From Escherichia phage 285P: 39,270 nt of DNA. The position numbers were made by a program, and so were the translations under genes. The stretch lies in the sequence record NC_015249.1; one strand, written 5' to 3'. Positions 7,735-16,733 of this stretch are shown here, one piece after another (position 1 is the stretch's first letter; the number at the start of each line of letters is the position of its first letter). The notes beneath the pieces were generated by a model. It was not told where the DNA came from. It saw nothing but the letters and a program-made list of their open reading frames with translations, and made no database searches.

Positions 7735-7916
7735 TGATAATCTTTGACCAAGGCATTTGGAAGGTATGGCAACACCCACACTTACAGGTATTCCACATCC
7801 TGAAGTGGTCTGAGGGAGACGACCCAGCCTCTTATGGGCGCAAGTGGGATTACTTCACACAGAAAGAGTGTAGAAGCATATCCGAGGTAAAGGCATATCT
7901 TCACGCCAACATGTAG
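7734..7916 (+). CDS. hypothetical protein (gene 1.4/1.5 position)
   Basis: 60-aa ORF overlapping the ligase stop (TAATG); no recognised homolog. Confidence 0.4.
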   Translation: MIIFDQGIWKVWQHPHLQVFHILKWSEGDDPASYGRKWDYFTQKECRSISEVKAYLHANM

Positions 7917-7923
7917 TAACACT

Positions 7924-7958
7924 GGTCAGACTTTCGGGTCTGGCCTTTTCGTGTTTCT
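7924..7958 (+). terminator. intrinsic terminator, candidate early terminator TE for host RNAP
   Basis: Seen: GGTCAGAC-TTTCGG-GTCTGGCC 8-bp stem followed by TTTTCGTGTTTCT; T7 TE lies just after the ligase region. Confidence 0.6.
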
Positions 7959-7978
7959 ATTAGACTCACTATGGAGGA
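7957..7978 (+). promoter_or_regulatory. degenerate T7-type promoter-like element (CTATTAGACTCACTATGGAGGA)
   Basis: Seen: GACTCACTAT core but 1-nt short before GG and altered -17..-12; near-duplicate of the element at 8065. Confidence 0.35.
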
Positions 7979-7986
7979 ACAACCTC

Positions 7987-8067
7987 ATGCTATTTCTAAT
8001 TGCTGCTGCTGTCTTTGCCACGTTTGCCTTCGTTATCATTGACGACAACTGCTGGCCTGATTGCTAA
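7987..8067 (+). CDS. tiny hydrophobic peptide (26 aa, MLFLIAAAVFATFAFVIIDDNCWPDC)
   Basis: ATG 9 nt after a GGAGG; too short for the ORF track; hydrophobic. Confidence 0.25.
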   Translation: MLFLIAAAVFATFAFVIIDDNCWPDC

Positions 8068-8087
8068 TACGACTCACCTATGGAGGA
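8065..8087 (+). promoter_or_regulatory. T7-type promoter variant with 1-nt insertion (TAATACGACTCACCTATGGAGGA)
   Basis: Seen: perfect -17..-5 then CTATGG; GGAGG doubles as the RBS for the 8095 ATG. Confidence 0.45.
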
Positions 8088-8094
8088 AACACTT

Positions 8095-8358
8095 ATGTTA
8101 CGACTACACTTCAACAAATCAAACGGTATCTTTTCGGCTCGTGGTTCCGACCGCTCGACGGTTCTTGCCTCTGAGAAACATGCAGTCATTCCTAAAGTGC
8201 TTGGCTCGACCATTGAGTTAGCACCTCGTGTTCACGCTGTAATCACCACTGGCTTATATAAAGAAGCGACCACTGGCTCCCGGCCTTTCATTCCGGTTCT
8301 TGTCACCCGTTTCCCTAAAGTCCGTCTGGTCATTGCGCGTATCAAGGAGGTGTTCTAA
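8095..8358 (+). CDS. gene 1.6-like hypothetical protein
   Basis: 87 aa from the second Met of ORF 8080-8358 (the first Met lies inside the promoter); position after the ligase block matches T7 gene 1.6. Confidence 0.55.
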   Translation: MLRLHFNKSNGIFSARGSDRSTVLASEKHAVIPKVLGSTIELAPRVHAVITTGLYKEATTGSRPFIPVLVTRFPKVRLVIARIKEVF

Positions 8359-8669
8359 TGGTCTGTATGGCATGTTTAGAGAGTGATGACCGCTACCCAC
8401 ATACCTGTGAACCTGTAGCTAAACCACAAGATATAGAGGGTGTTCGGACTCCTAGCCACTATATGTTGTTTGACGACATTGAGGCTATCGAAGTGATTGC
8501 CCGGTCGATGACCCGTGAACAGTTCAAGGGGTACTGCTTAGGGAACATCCTTAAGTATCGCCTACGTGCTGGTAAGAAATCTGAACTAGCATTCTTAGAG
8601 AAGGACATGGCGAAAGCTGGGTTCTATGGTGAACTGTACGAGAAACACAAAGGTAAGTGCTATGCTTAA
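8358..8669 (+). CDS. 1.7: gene 1.7-like protein (short form of T7 nucleotide kinase gp1.7)
   Basis: 103 aa; CxxC...YPHTC and C-terminal SHYMLFDDIEAIEVIARSMT..FKGYC.GNILKYRLRAGKKSELA.LEKD match T7 gp1.7 as recalled, but ~90 internal residues of the T7 protein are absent. Confidence 0.7.
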   Translation: MVCMACLESDDRYPHTCEPVAKPQDIEGVRTPSHYMLFDDIEAIEVIARSMTREQFKGYCLGNILKYRLRAGKKSELAFLEKDMAKAGFYGELYEKHKGKCYA

Positions 8670-8763
8670 TGACATCTTATATTTCCTGCTAATTTGTGTT
8701 GGAATGGGTGCTTGCCTGTTCCTCATGTTTTGGGCTATAGAGGTGGAATATGGAAAAGCCTAG
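8662..8763 (+). CDS. tiny hydrophobic peptide (33 aa, [33 protein letters not shown])
   Basis: Overlaps the 1.7 stop in another frame; hydrophobic; weak RBS. Confidence 0.25.
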   Translation: MLNDILYFLLICVGMGACLFLMFWAIEVEYGKA

Positions 8764-8848
8764 CGAATGGTGTGAGCGTATGTTTGAAAAGACAGGCAAC
8801 ACCGATTACCTTGAATTATATAATCACTGGAAGGAGAGAGGACAATGA
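8750..8848 (+). CDS. small protein, gene 1.8 position (32 aa)
   Basis: GAGGTGG RBS 6 nt upstream; stop overlaps the gene 2 ATG (ATGA), suggesting coupling. Confidence 0.35.
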   Translation: MEKPSEWCERMFEKTGNTDYLELYNHWKERGQ

Positions 8849-9036
8849 GCACTCTGAATAAAGGGTCACTGGTAAACGGTGACAAGAAGTTCTTCGCTAC
8901 GGTAGAAGGCCAAGGCCAATCGTTCGAAGTACCTGTGTTCGCTACGTCTCTTGAAGAGGCCAATGAGTTAGCTGAGTGGCAATACGTCCCTGCTGGCTTC
9001 GCTGTAACACGCATCCGTCCAGACCGTAAGGTTTAA
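8845..9036 (+). CDS. 2: gene 2 protein, host RNA polymerase inhibitor
   Basis: 63 aa; near-identical in pattern to T7 gp2 (KKF.ATVE....SFEVP......[21 protein letters not shown]). Confidence 0.85.
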   Translation: MSTLNKGSLVNGDKKFFATVEGQGQSFEVPVFATSLEEANELAEWQYVPAGFAVTRIRPDRKV

Positions 9037-9056
9037 TAGGACTCACTAATGGGAGA
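9034..9056 (+). promoter_or_regulatory. T7-type promoter (phi2.5-like) TAATAGGACTCACTAATGGGAGA
   Basis: Seen: overlaps the gene 2 stop; followed by a 5' stem-loop GGGAGA..TTTCCC. Confidence 0.7.
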
Positions 9057-9104
9057 CACTAACGTTTCCCACTTTTAACTTTCAGAAACTAAAGGAGAAT
9101 CATT

Positions 9105-9803
9105 ATGGCATTCGCAAAACGTAAAGTATTCACTTCCGCTCGTGGTGTTGCTGAACCTTACTGCTATCTGGCAAAGCCGGACTTCGGTAGTGGTGACTTC
9201 AAGAACGAACGTGGTGTCTACAAAGTATCACTGACTGTATCCAACGACGACCCTCGCTGTCAGAAGATGATTGACGAGATTGTCGAAGCCCATGAGACGG
9301 ACTACGCTGCTCGACTCGAAGAGTACGAAGCTAACCCGCCGAAAGTTGTCAAGGGTAAGAAACCGCTGAAGCCATATGTTGGCGACATGCCTTTCATGGA
9401 TAACGAAGATGGAACCACTACGTTCAACTTCAAGTGCTACGGCTCGTTCACTGACAAGAAGACTGGTGAGAACAAACCAATCGACTTGGCTATCGTGGAC
9501 TCCAAAGGTAAGCGCATCCGTGGTGAGCGTCCAGCTATCTCTGGTGGCTCTGAACTGAAGATTAAATACACTCTGTTCCCTTACGGTTGGTCTGCTGTAG
9601 CAGGTGCTTCCGTTAAGCTGCAACTGGATTCCGTGATGCTGATTAAGCTGGTCGAGTTCGGTGGTGGTGATGACGATTGGGGTGATGAAATCGAAGAAGA
9701 TGGGTACGAAGCCGATGAAGCACAGACCCGCAAGCCGCAAAACGACTCTGGCTGGAATGAAGAACCAGAAGAGGACGGTGAAGACGAAGACGGTGACTTC
9801 TAA
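9105..9803 (+). CDS. 2.5: single-stranded DNA-binding protein gp2.5
   Basis: 232 aa (T7 is 232); acidic C-terminal tail ending DGDF as in T7 gp2.5; many identical blocks. Confidence 0.95.
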   Translation: MAFAKRKVFTSARGVAEPYCYLAKPDFGSGDFKNERGVYKVSLTVSNDDPRCQKMIDEIVEAHETDYAARLEEYEANPPKVVKGKKPLKPYVGDMPFMDNEDGTTTFNFKCYGSFTDKKTGENKPIDLAIVDSKGKRIRGERPAISGGSELKIKYTLFPYGWSAVAGASVKLQLDSVMLIKLVEFGGGDDDWGDEIEEDGYEADEAQTRKPQNDSGWNEEPEEDGEDEDGDF

Positions 9804-10249
9804 TGGCTAAGGGTTATGCAGGTCGAGGCACTCGTGTGGGTGCCTTTCGCTCTGGCTTGGAGGATAAGGTAAGTAAGCAACTCGAAGGGAAGAACATTAA
9901 GTTCGACTACGAGCGCTGGCGTGTGCCATATGTTGTTCCTGCAAGCAACCATACCTATTGCCCGGACTTCCTGTTACCTAATGGCATCTTTGTGGAAACC
10001 AAAGGTCTGTGGGATAGTGACGACCGCAAGAAACACTTACTGATTCGTGAACAGTATCCTGAACTTGATGTGCGCATCGTGTTCTCTTCAAGCCGCTCCA
10101 AGCTGTACAAAGGGTCTCCTACCAGCTACGGTGAGTGGTGCGAGAAGCATGGCATTCTGTTTGCTGATAAATTAATTCCAGTTGATTGGCTGAAAGAGCC
10201 TTCTAAGGATGTTCCATTCGATAAATTTAAAGAGGTGAAGAAGAAATGA
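9803..10249 (+). CDS. 3: endonuclease I (Holliday junction resolvase)
   Basis: 148 aa; VGAFRSGLEDKVSKQLE, PASNHTY.PDFLLPNGIFVETKGLW, KGSPTSYGE match T7 gp3. Confidence 0.95.
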   Translation: MAKGYAGRGTRVGAFRSGLEDKVSKQLEGKNIKFDYERWRVPYVVPASNHTYCPDFLLPNGIFVETKGLWDSDDRKKHLLIREQYPELDVRIVFSSSRSKLYKGSPTSYGEWCEKHGILFADKLIPVDWLKEPSKDVPFDKFKEVKKK

Positions 10250-10701
10250 GTAAGGTACAATTCAAACCACGCGCTATGACAGAAGCAATCTTTGTCCACT
10301 GTAGCGCAACCAAGGCGTCCATGAATGTTGGACTGCGTGAAATCCGTCAGTGGCATAAAGAACAGGGCTGGCTTGATGTAGGCTACCACTTCATTATTCG
10401 CCGTGATGGTACAATCGAAGAAGGCCGTCCGGTCGATGTCGTTGGGTCTCACGTTAAGGACTGGAATAGTAAGTCGGTCGGTGTGTGCCTCGTTGGTGGT
10501 ATCGACGATAAGGGCAAACACGAAGCTAACTTTACGCCAGCACAGATGCACTCTCTTAAAGAGAAACTCGCAGACCTGCTGGACATGTATCCAGATGCAG
10601 AAGTAAAAGCGCACCACGATGTGGCACCTAAAGCGTGTCCGTCATTCAACTTGAGCCGCTGGCTGAAGACTGGTGAATTAGTAACTAGTGATTGGGGTTA
10701 A
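10246..10701 (+). CDS. 3.5: N-acetylmuramoyl-L-alanine amidase (T7 lysozyme; RNAP inhibitor)
   Basis: 151 aa; AIFVHCSATK, IRQWHKEQGWLDVGYHFII, GVCLVGGIDDKGK, AHH.VAPKACPSF match T7 gp3.5. Confidence 0.95.
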   Translation: MSKVQFKPRAMTEAIFVHCSATKASMNVGLREIRQWHKEQGWLDVGYHFIIRRDGTIEEGRPVDVVGSHVKDWNSKSVGVCLVGGIDDKGKHEANFTPAQMHSLKEKLADLLDMYPDAEVKAHHDVAPKACPSFNLSRWLKTGELVTSDWG

Positions 10702-10705
10702 TATT

Positions 10706-10798
10706 ATGATGATTATCCACGAGATGGGTCTGTACGATTTGATTTATCGCCTCGCGTTCATGCTGGCAATGGTCTACATTCTGACCCGCAAGGATTAA
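10706..10798 (+). CDS. tiny hydrophobic peptide (30 aa, MMIIHEMGLYDLIYRLAFMLAMVYILTRKD)
   Basis: Hand-translated; immediately after the amidase gene; end overlaps the next promoter. Confidence 0.25.
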   Translation: MMIIHEMGLYDLIYRLAFMLAMVYILTRKD

Positions 10799-10817
10799 TA
10801 GAACTCACTATGGGAGA
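10795..10817 (+). promoter_or_regulatory. T7-type promoter variant (phi3.8/phi4-like) TTAATAGAACTCACTATGGGAGA
   Basis: Seen: ACTCACTAT-GGGAGA with one base fewer than consensus; followed by 5' hairpin GGGAGA-GCCGAAAGGTT-TCTCCC. Confidence 0.55.
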
Positions 10818-10868
10818 GCCGAAAGGTTTCTCCCTTTGTTCGCTAAAATTGTATAAGGAGTAATCACT

Positions 10869-12820
<1,952 letters not shown>

Positions 12821-12822
12821 AT

Positions 12823-12845
12823 CAATACAACTCACTAATGGGACA
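12823..12845 (+). promoter_or_regulatory. T7-type promoter (phi4.3-like) CAATACAACTCACTAATGGGACA
   Basis: Seen: followed by 5' hairpin GGGACA..TGTTCCC. Confidence 0.65.
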
Positions 12846-12888
12846 GACACTCTGTTCCCACTTATCAATCCACTTAAGGAGAATCACA

Positions 12889-13101
12889 ATGTTTAAATTC
12901 ATCAACACTCTTGGTAAGCTGGTAGTTAAAATGTACTTCCGTGAAGCTAAACGTCTGAACGACAAGGCACGTAAGGATGCAGAACAGGCTCAACGCTTGG
13001 CGAAACGGGCACGTCTACTGTCTGAAGATGCAAGTGCTGGCGTTACGTCTGCTGCTAAGATTGCAGCGAAAGCAACCGACCTGAACAAGTTCTTCCTGTA
13101 A
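12889..13101 (+). CDS. 4.3: gene 4.3 protein
   Basis: 70 aa (MFKFINTLGKLVVKMYFREAKRLNDKARKDA...LNKFFL), resembles T7 gp4.3 as recalled (same length). Confidence 0.7.
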   Translation: MFKFINTLGKLVVKMYFREAKRLNDKARKDAEQAQRLAKRARLLSEDASAGVTSAAKIAAKATDLNKFFL

Positions 13102-13280
13102 TGGTTACGATAACCCTTGTGCTCACTCTGATAACTGTGAGCGGACAAACAATAAGTCAAGTCCCTATCACGGCACCAAAGGCTGAGGCATACGAGATAT
13201 GCGAACAGCAAGGGCGCTCGTGGTCTAAGGACTTGATGAAGAACGGCAGGGTTTTCACTGCCAACTACAACTGTATCTAA
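13101..13280 (+). CDS. small ORF with N-terminal hydrophobic segment and two Cys (59 aa)
   Basis: Hand-translated (MVTITLVLTLITVSGQTISQ...CEQQGRS...NYNCI); start overlaps the 4.3 stop (TAATG); no obvious SD. Confidence 0.3.
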   Translation: MVTITLVLTLITVSGQTISQVPITAPKAEAYEICEQQGRSWSKDLMKNGRVFTANYNCI

Positions 13281-13294
13281 TAGGAGTACATAAC

Positions 13295-13597
13295 ATGGCT
13301 ATTAAATTCCCCGGCAACACAATCCGTCTGTCTGACACCATCGACCAGTATGCTCGTCGAGTGCACATCAACGTTCGCAATGGCAAGGTAACTCTGGTCT
13401 ACCGTTGGAAAGACCACAAGTCCACCAAGGCTCACACACAGCGTGTGACTCTGGATGATACACAGGCAGGTCGTCTGCTGGCTTCCGTTGCTGTAGCTGC
13501 TACCGTGGCTGTAGGTGAAGACAATGTTCGTCAGGTTCTGCTGGGTAAGACCGTGGAGTCTGAGGGAAACATGCTTGCGGACAAGTGTGAAGAGTAA
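13295..13597 (+). CDS. hypothetical protein (gene 4.5 position)
   Basis: 100-aa ORF with AGGAG RBS; no firm homolog recalled. Confidence 0.6.
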   Translation: MAIKFPGNTIRLSDTIDQYARRVHINVRNGKVTLVYRWKDHKSTKAHTQRVTLDDTQAGRLLASVAVAATVAVGEDNVRQVLLGKTVESEGNMLADKCEE

Positions 13598-13598
13598 G

Positions 13599-13643
13599 AG
13601 TTAAACTAAAGGTCATCTTAACGGGTGGCCTTCGTGATTAACT
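13599..13643 (+). promoter_or_regulatory. conserved RNase III-type hairpin element, copy 3 (R4.7-like)
   Basis: Seen: AGTTAAACTAAAGGTCATCTTAACGGGTGGCCTTCGTGATTAACT. Confidence 0.55.
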
Positions 13644-13655
13644 TTTGTATGAAAT

Positions 13656-13678
13656 CTATTCAACTCACTAATGGGAGA
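13656..13678 (+). promoter_or_regulatory. T7-type promoter (phi4.7-like) CTATTCAACTCACTAATGGGAGA
   Basis: Seen: good -10..+6, weaker upstream half. Confidence 0.55.
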
Positions 13679-13686
13679 ACAACACT

Positions 13687-14088
13687 ATGCGTAATCGTAA
13701 TGTAATCGAAGCTGAAATCGCTAAACTGGAAGCTGAACTGGCAGACATCAAGGAATACGAATGTGCTCGTGACTCCGCTGTCCACATCCTGAAGAACTTA
13801 GGGTGGACTCGTGTTCGCGGTAAGTGGGTGCAACCAGTGAATCGTCCTGACCTGAAGGTATTCGATAAGGACACCATGACCCACATTAAGGCTGGTGACT
13901 TCTGCACATCAACTGAGACATCCTCTCTATGGTACGTGCGCACGGTCGCTGGCAACATCTGCTGGTGCTCACGAGTGTCCCGCATTGCTCCTAATGGAAC
14001 CTTAGTGACCAGCAACAACGTTGGAATCAAAGCTGAGAACCTGAAGGTAATCAACGTGAAAGACTATATGGGATACACCCATCGTTAA
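13687..14088 (+). CDS. hypothetical protein (gene 4.7 position)
   Basis: 133-aa ORF directly after the R4.7-like element and promoter; T7 gp4.7 is of similar size. Confidence 0.65.
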   Translation: MRNRNVIEAEIAKLEAELADIKEYECARDSAVHILKNLGWTRVRGKWVQPVNRPDLKVFDKDTMTHIKAGDFCTSTETSSLWYVRTVAGNICWCSRVSRIAPNGTLVTSNNVGIKAENLKVINVKDYMGYTHR

Positions 14089-14107
14089 ACTTTAAGGAGT
14101 AAACACA

Positions 14108-16222
14108 ATGTTACTATCCGACATCGAAACAAACGGGTTGCTGCACAACGTTAGTCAATTTCACTGTGCGGTGACTTACGACTACACAACTGACCAGTAC
14201 ATCCGTTATCGACCTGATGACTTTGGGGCATACATTGATGCTCTCGAAGCCGAGGTTGCTCGTGGTGGTCTCATTGTGTTCCATAACGGTCACAAGTATG
14301 ACATCCCGGTAATCGAGCTGCTCGCCAAGAAACTGTTAGGCCGCGACGTTAAGTTCCCGAAAGAGAACGTACTGGATACCCTCGTGATGTCCCGCTTGAT
14401 TTACTCTAACATCAAAGACACCGATGCTGGTCTGCTACGTTCTGGCAAGCTGCCGGGTAAACGTTTTGGTTCCCACGCTCTGGAGGCTTGGGGTTATCGC
14501 TTAGGCGAAATGAAGGGTGAGTACAAGGACGACTTCAAGGCTTCACTGGCTGAGTCTGGTGAAGAATATGTTGATGGTATGGAATGGCTCCTGTTCAACG
14601 AAGACATGATGGAATATAACGTTCAAGACGTTGTAGTCACCAAGGCTCTCTTCGAGAAACTTTGTAGCAACACATTCTATTTCCCTAACGAGACACCTGC
14701 TGGAAGCACAGAAGCAGACCGTTTCTGGAATGGTAGCCTTGAGGCTGTTAAACTGGAACATGATGCTGCATGGTTGTTAGCTAAGATGGAACGTAATGGT
14801 TTCCCGATTGACATTAAGTCTCTTGAGAACCTGTACGCAGAACTCGCTGGTAGACGTGGTGAGCTACTCGTAGAGTTAACCAATACGTTTGGCTCATGGT
14901 ACTCCGCTAAGGGCGGTACTGAAGCATTCAGACACCCTCGTACCGGAAAGCCGCTCACTAAGTATCCTCGTGTTAAGTACCCGAAACAGGGTGGCATCTT
15001 TAAGAAGCCTAAGAACAAGAAGCAACGTGAGGGATTAGAGCCGTGCGAGTTGGATACCCGCGATTACGTTGAGGGTGCTCCGTATACTCCGGTTGAGCAC
15101 GTTGTGTTTAACCCTGCTAGTCGTGACCACATCACTCGTGTGCTTACCAAAGCTGGCTGGGTGCCCGTTGAGTTCACTCCTAGTGGTGCACCAAAGGTAG
15201 ACGATGAGGTATTGGAACACGTTAAGGTAGACGACCCGGATGCACAGCGTTGCATTGAGTTGATTAAAGAATACCTTATGATTCAGAAACGTATCGGTCA
15301 GGTTGCTGAAGGTGATAACGGCTGGCTCCGTATGATTGGAGATGATGGTCGTATTCACGGAAGCGTTAACCCGAACGGTGCGGTAACTGGTCGTGCAACT
15401 CATAGTTTCCCTAACGTGGCACAGGTGCCTTCCATCCGTGCTGCATATGGTGAACCTTGCCGTGCTGCTTTCGGTGCCGAGCACAACATGAAAGACGGTA
15501 AGCCAGACCCTTGGATTCAAGTTGGTGTGGATGCGTCCGGCCTTGAGCTACGATGCTTGGGCCACTTCATGTATCGTTATGATGAGGGTGAGTACGTTGA
15601 GACTATCCTCACTGGTGACATCCATACGAAGAACCAATTGGCTGCGGGTCTACCAACTCGTGACAACGCTAAGACGTTTATCTATGGGTTCCTCTATGGT
15701 GCTGGCGCTGCGAAGATAGGACAGATTGTTGGTGGTACTGCCGAAGACGGTAAGCGACTCATAAAGAACTTCCTTGAGCAAACTCCGGCTATCGCTGCGT
15801 TACGTGAAGCAATCACAGGCACACTCGTCAAGGACTCTAAGTGGGTTGGCGGTGAACAGAAAGTAACTTGGAAACGCCGTTGGGTTCGAGGCTTGGATGG
15901 TCGTAAAGTCCACGTCCGTAGTCCTCACGCTGCGTTGAACACCTTGTTGCAGTCTGCTGGTGCACTTATTTGTAAACTGTGGATTGTCGAGACTGAACGT
16001 CTGTTACTGGAAGCTGGCCTTAAGCATGGCTGGGATGGTGACTTTGCGTACATGGCTTGGGTCCACGACGAGATTCAGGTAGCTGCGCGTACACAAGAGA
16101 TTGCCGATAAGATTGTCGAGTTGGCACAGCAAGCGATGCGCAATGTGGGAGACCACTTTAACTTTAGATGTCAGTTAGATACCGAAGGTAAGACTGGCGC
16201 AAACTGGAAAGATTGTCACTAA
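14108..16222 (+). CDS. 5: DNA polymerase (family A, with 3'-5' exonuclease domain)
   Basis: 704 aa (T7 gp5 is 704); long identical stretches to T7 gp5 as recalled (LIVFHNGHKYD, GSVNPNGAVTGRATH, DASGLELRC, RDNAKTFIYGFLYGAG, HDEIQV). Confidence 0.97.
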   Translation: MLLSDIETNGLLHNVSQFHCAVTYDYTTDQYIRYRPDDFGAYIDALEAEVARGGLIVFHNGHKYDIPVIELLAKKLLGRDVKFPKENVLDTLVMSRLIYSNIKDTDAGLLRSGKLPGKRFGSHALEAWGYRLGEMKGEYKDDFKASLAESGEEYVDGMEWLLFNEDMMEYNVQDVVVTKALFEKLCSNTFYFPNETPAGSTEADRFWNGSLEAVKLEHDAAWLLAKMERNGFPIDIKSLENLYAELAGRRGELLVELTNTFGSWYSAKGGTEAFRHPRTGKPLTKYPRVKYPKQGGIFKKPKNKKQREGLEPCELDTRDYVEGAPYTPVEHVVFNPASRDHITRVLTKAGWVPVEFTPSGAPKVDDEVLEHVKVDDPDAQRCIELIKEYLMIQKRIGQVAEGDNGWLRMIGDDGRIHGSVNPNGAVTGRATHSFPNVAQVPSIRAAYGEPCRAAFGAEHNMKDGKPDPWIQVGVDASGLELRCLGHFMYRYDEGEYVETILTGDIHTKNQLAAGLPTRDNAKTFIYGFLYGAGAAKIGQIVGGTAEDGKRLIKNFLEQTPAIAALREAITGTLVKDSKWVGGEQKVTWKRRWVRGLDGRKVHVRSPHAALNTLLQSAGALICKLWIVETERLLLEAGLKHGWDGDFAYMAWVHDEIQVAARTQEIADKIVELAQQAMRNVGDHFNFRCQLDTEGKTGANWKDCH

Positions 16223-16239
16223 TACAGGAGACACATATC

Positions 16240-16524
16240 ATGGCTATTACTAAACGTTTTAAAGTATCATTTGAAGTTACCGCTGTAATCAACTCTGAGA
16301 TGGAGAAAGGCTTCACCGAGGAACTGGTTCATTTGGCTAAGAAGGCTGCGGCAGGTGAGAAGATTAGTCCTCGTGACCGTGAACTTCTGGTACAAGCGCT
16401 GACCCATGGTGTCGAGGGTGCTATCTCCTTTGCCGCCAAACAGGGTATGCGAGAGTTCATTCGTACCGAGTTACCAGAAGATGGTCTGAAGGTTTCTCCA
16501 GCAACTATCCGTGAGGTGAAGTAA
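16240..16524 (+). CDS. 5.5: gene 5.5 protein (H-NS-binding protein homolog)
   Basis: 94 aa from MAITKRFKVSFEVTA...SPATIREVK; matches the T7 gp5.5 pattern. Confidence 0.75.
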   Translation: MAITKRFKVSFEVTAVINSEMEKGFTEELVHLAKKAAAGEKISPRDRELLVQALTHGVEGAISFAAKQGMREFIRTELPEDGLKVSPATIREVK

Positions 16525-16733
16525 TGGGTGAATATCTTCGTGTACTGGCGGCTATCAAAAGCTGCCCTAAGACCTTTCAGTCGAACTATGTGCGCAACAA
16601 TGCGTCACTGGTGGCTGAGGCTGCGAGTCGAGGTCATATCTCTTGCCTATCAGTCGATGGGCGTAATGCTGGCGCTTGGGAAGTAACGGGCGCTGGTGTC
16701 CGATTCCTGAAGAAGATGGGAGGTTGCGTATGA
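16524..16733 (+). CDS. 5.7: gene 5.7 protein
   Basis: 69 aa; near-identical to T7 gp5.7 as recalled (LRVLAAIKSCPKTFQSNYVRNNASLVAEAASRGHISCL). Confidence 0.85.
   Translation: MGEYLRVLAAIKSCPKTFQSNYVRNNASLVAEAASRGHISCLSVDGRNAGAWEVTGAGVRFLKKMGGCV

Noticed and set aside
13121-13145. lac-operator-like sequence (TGTGAGCGGA 10-mer identical to the lacO core, within GCTCAC-N10-GTGAGC)
   Set aside because: The inverted-repeat arms are in the opposite orientation and spacing to lacO symmetry, and a single 10-mer match in ~78 kb of two-strand sequence is not far from chance; more likely an RNA hairpin or coincidence.
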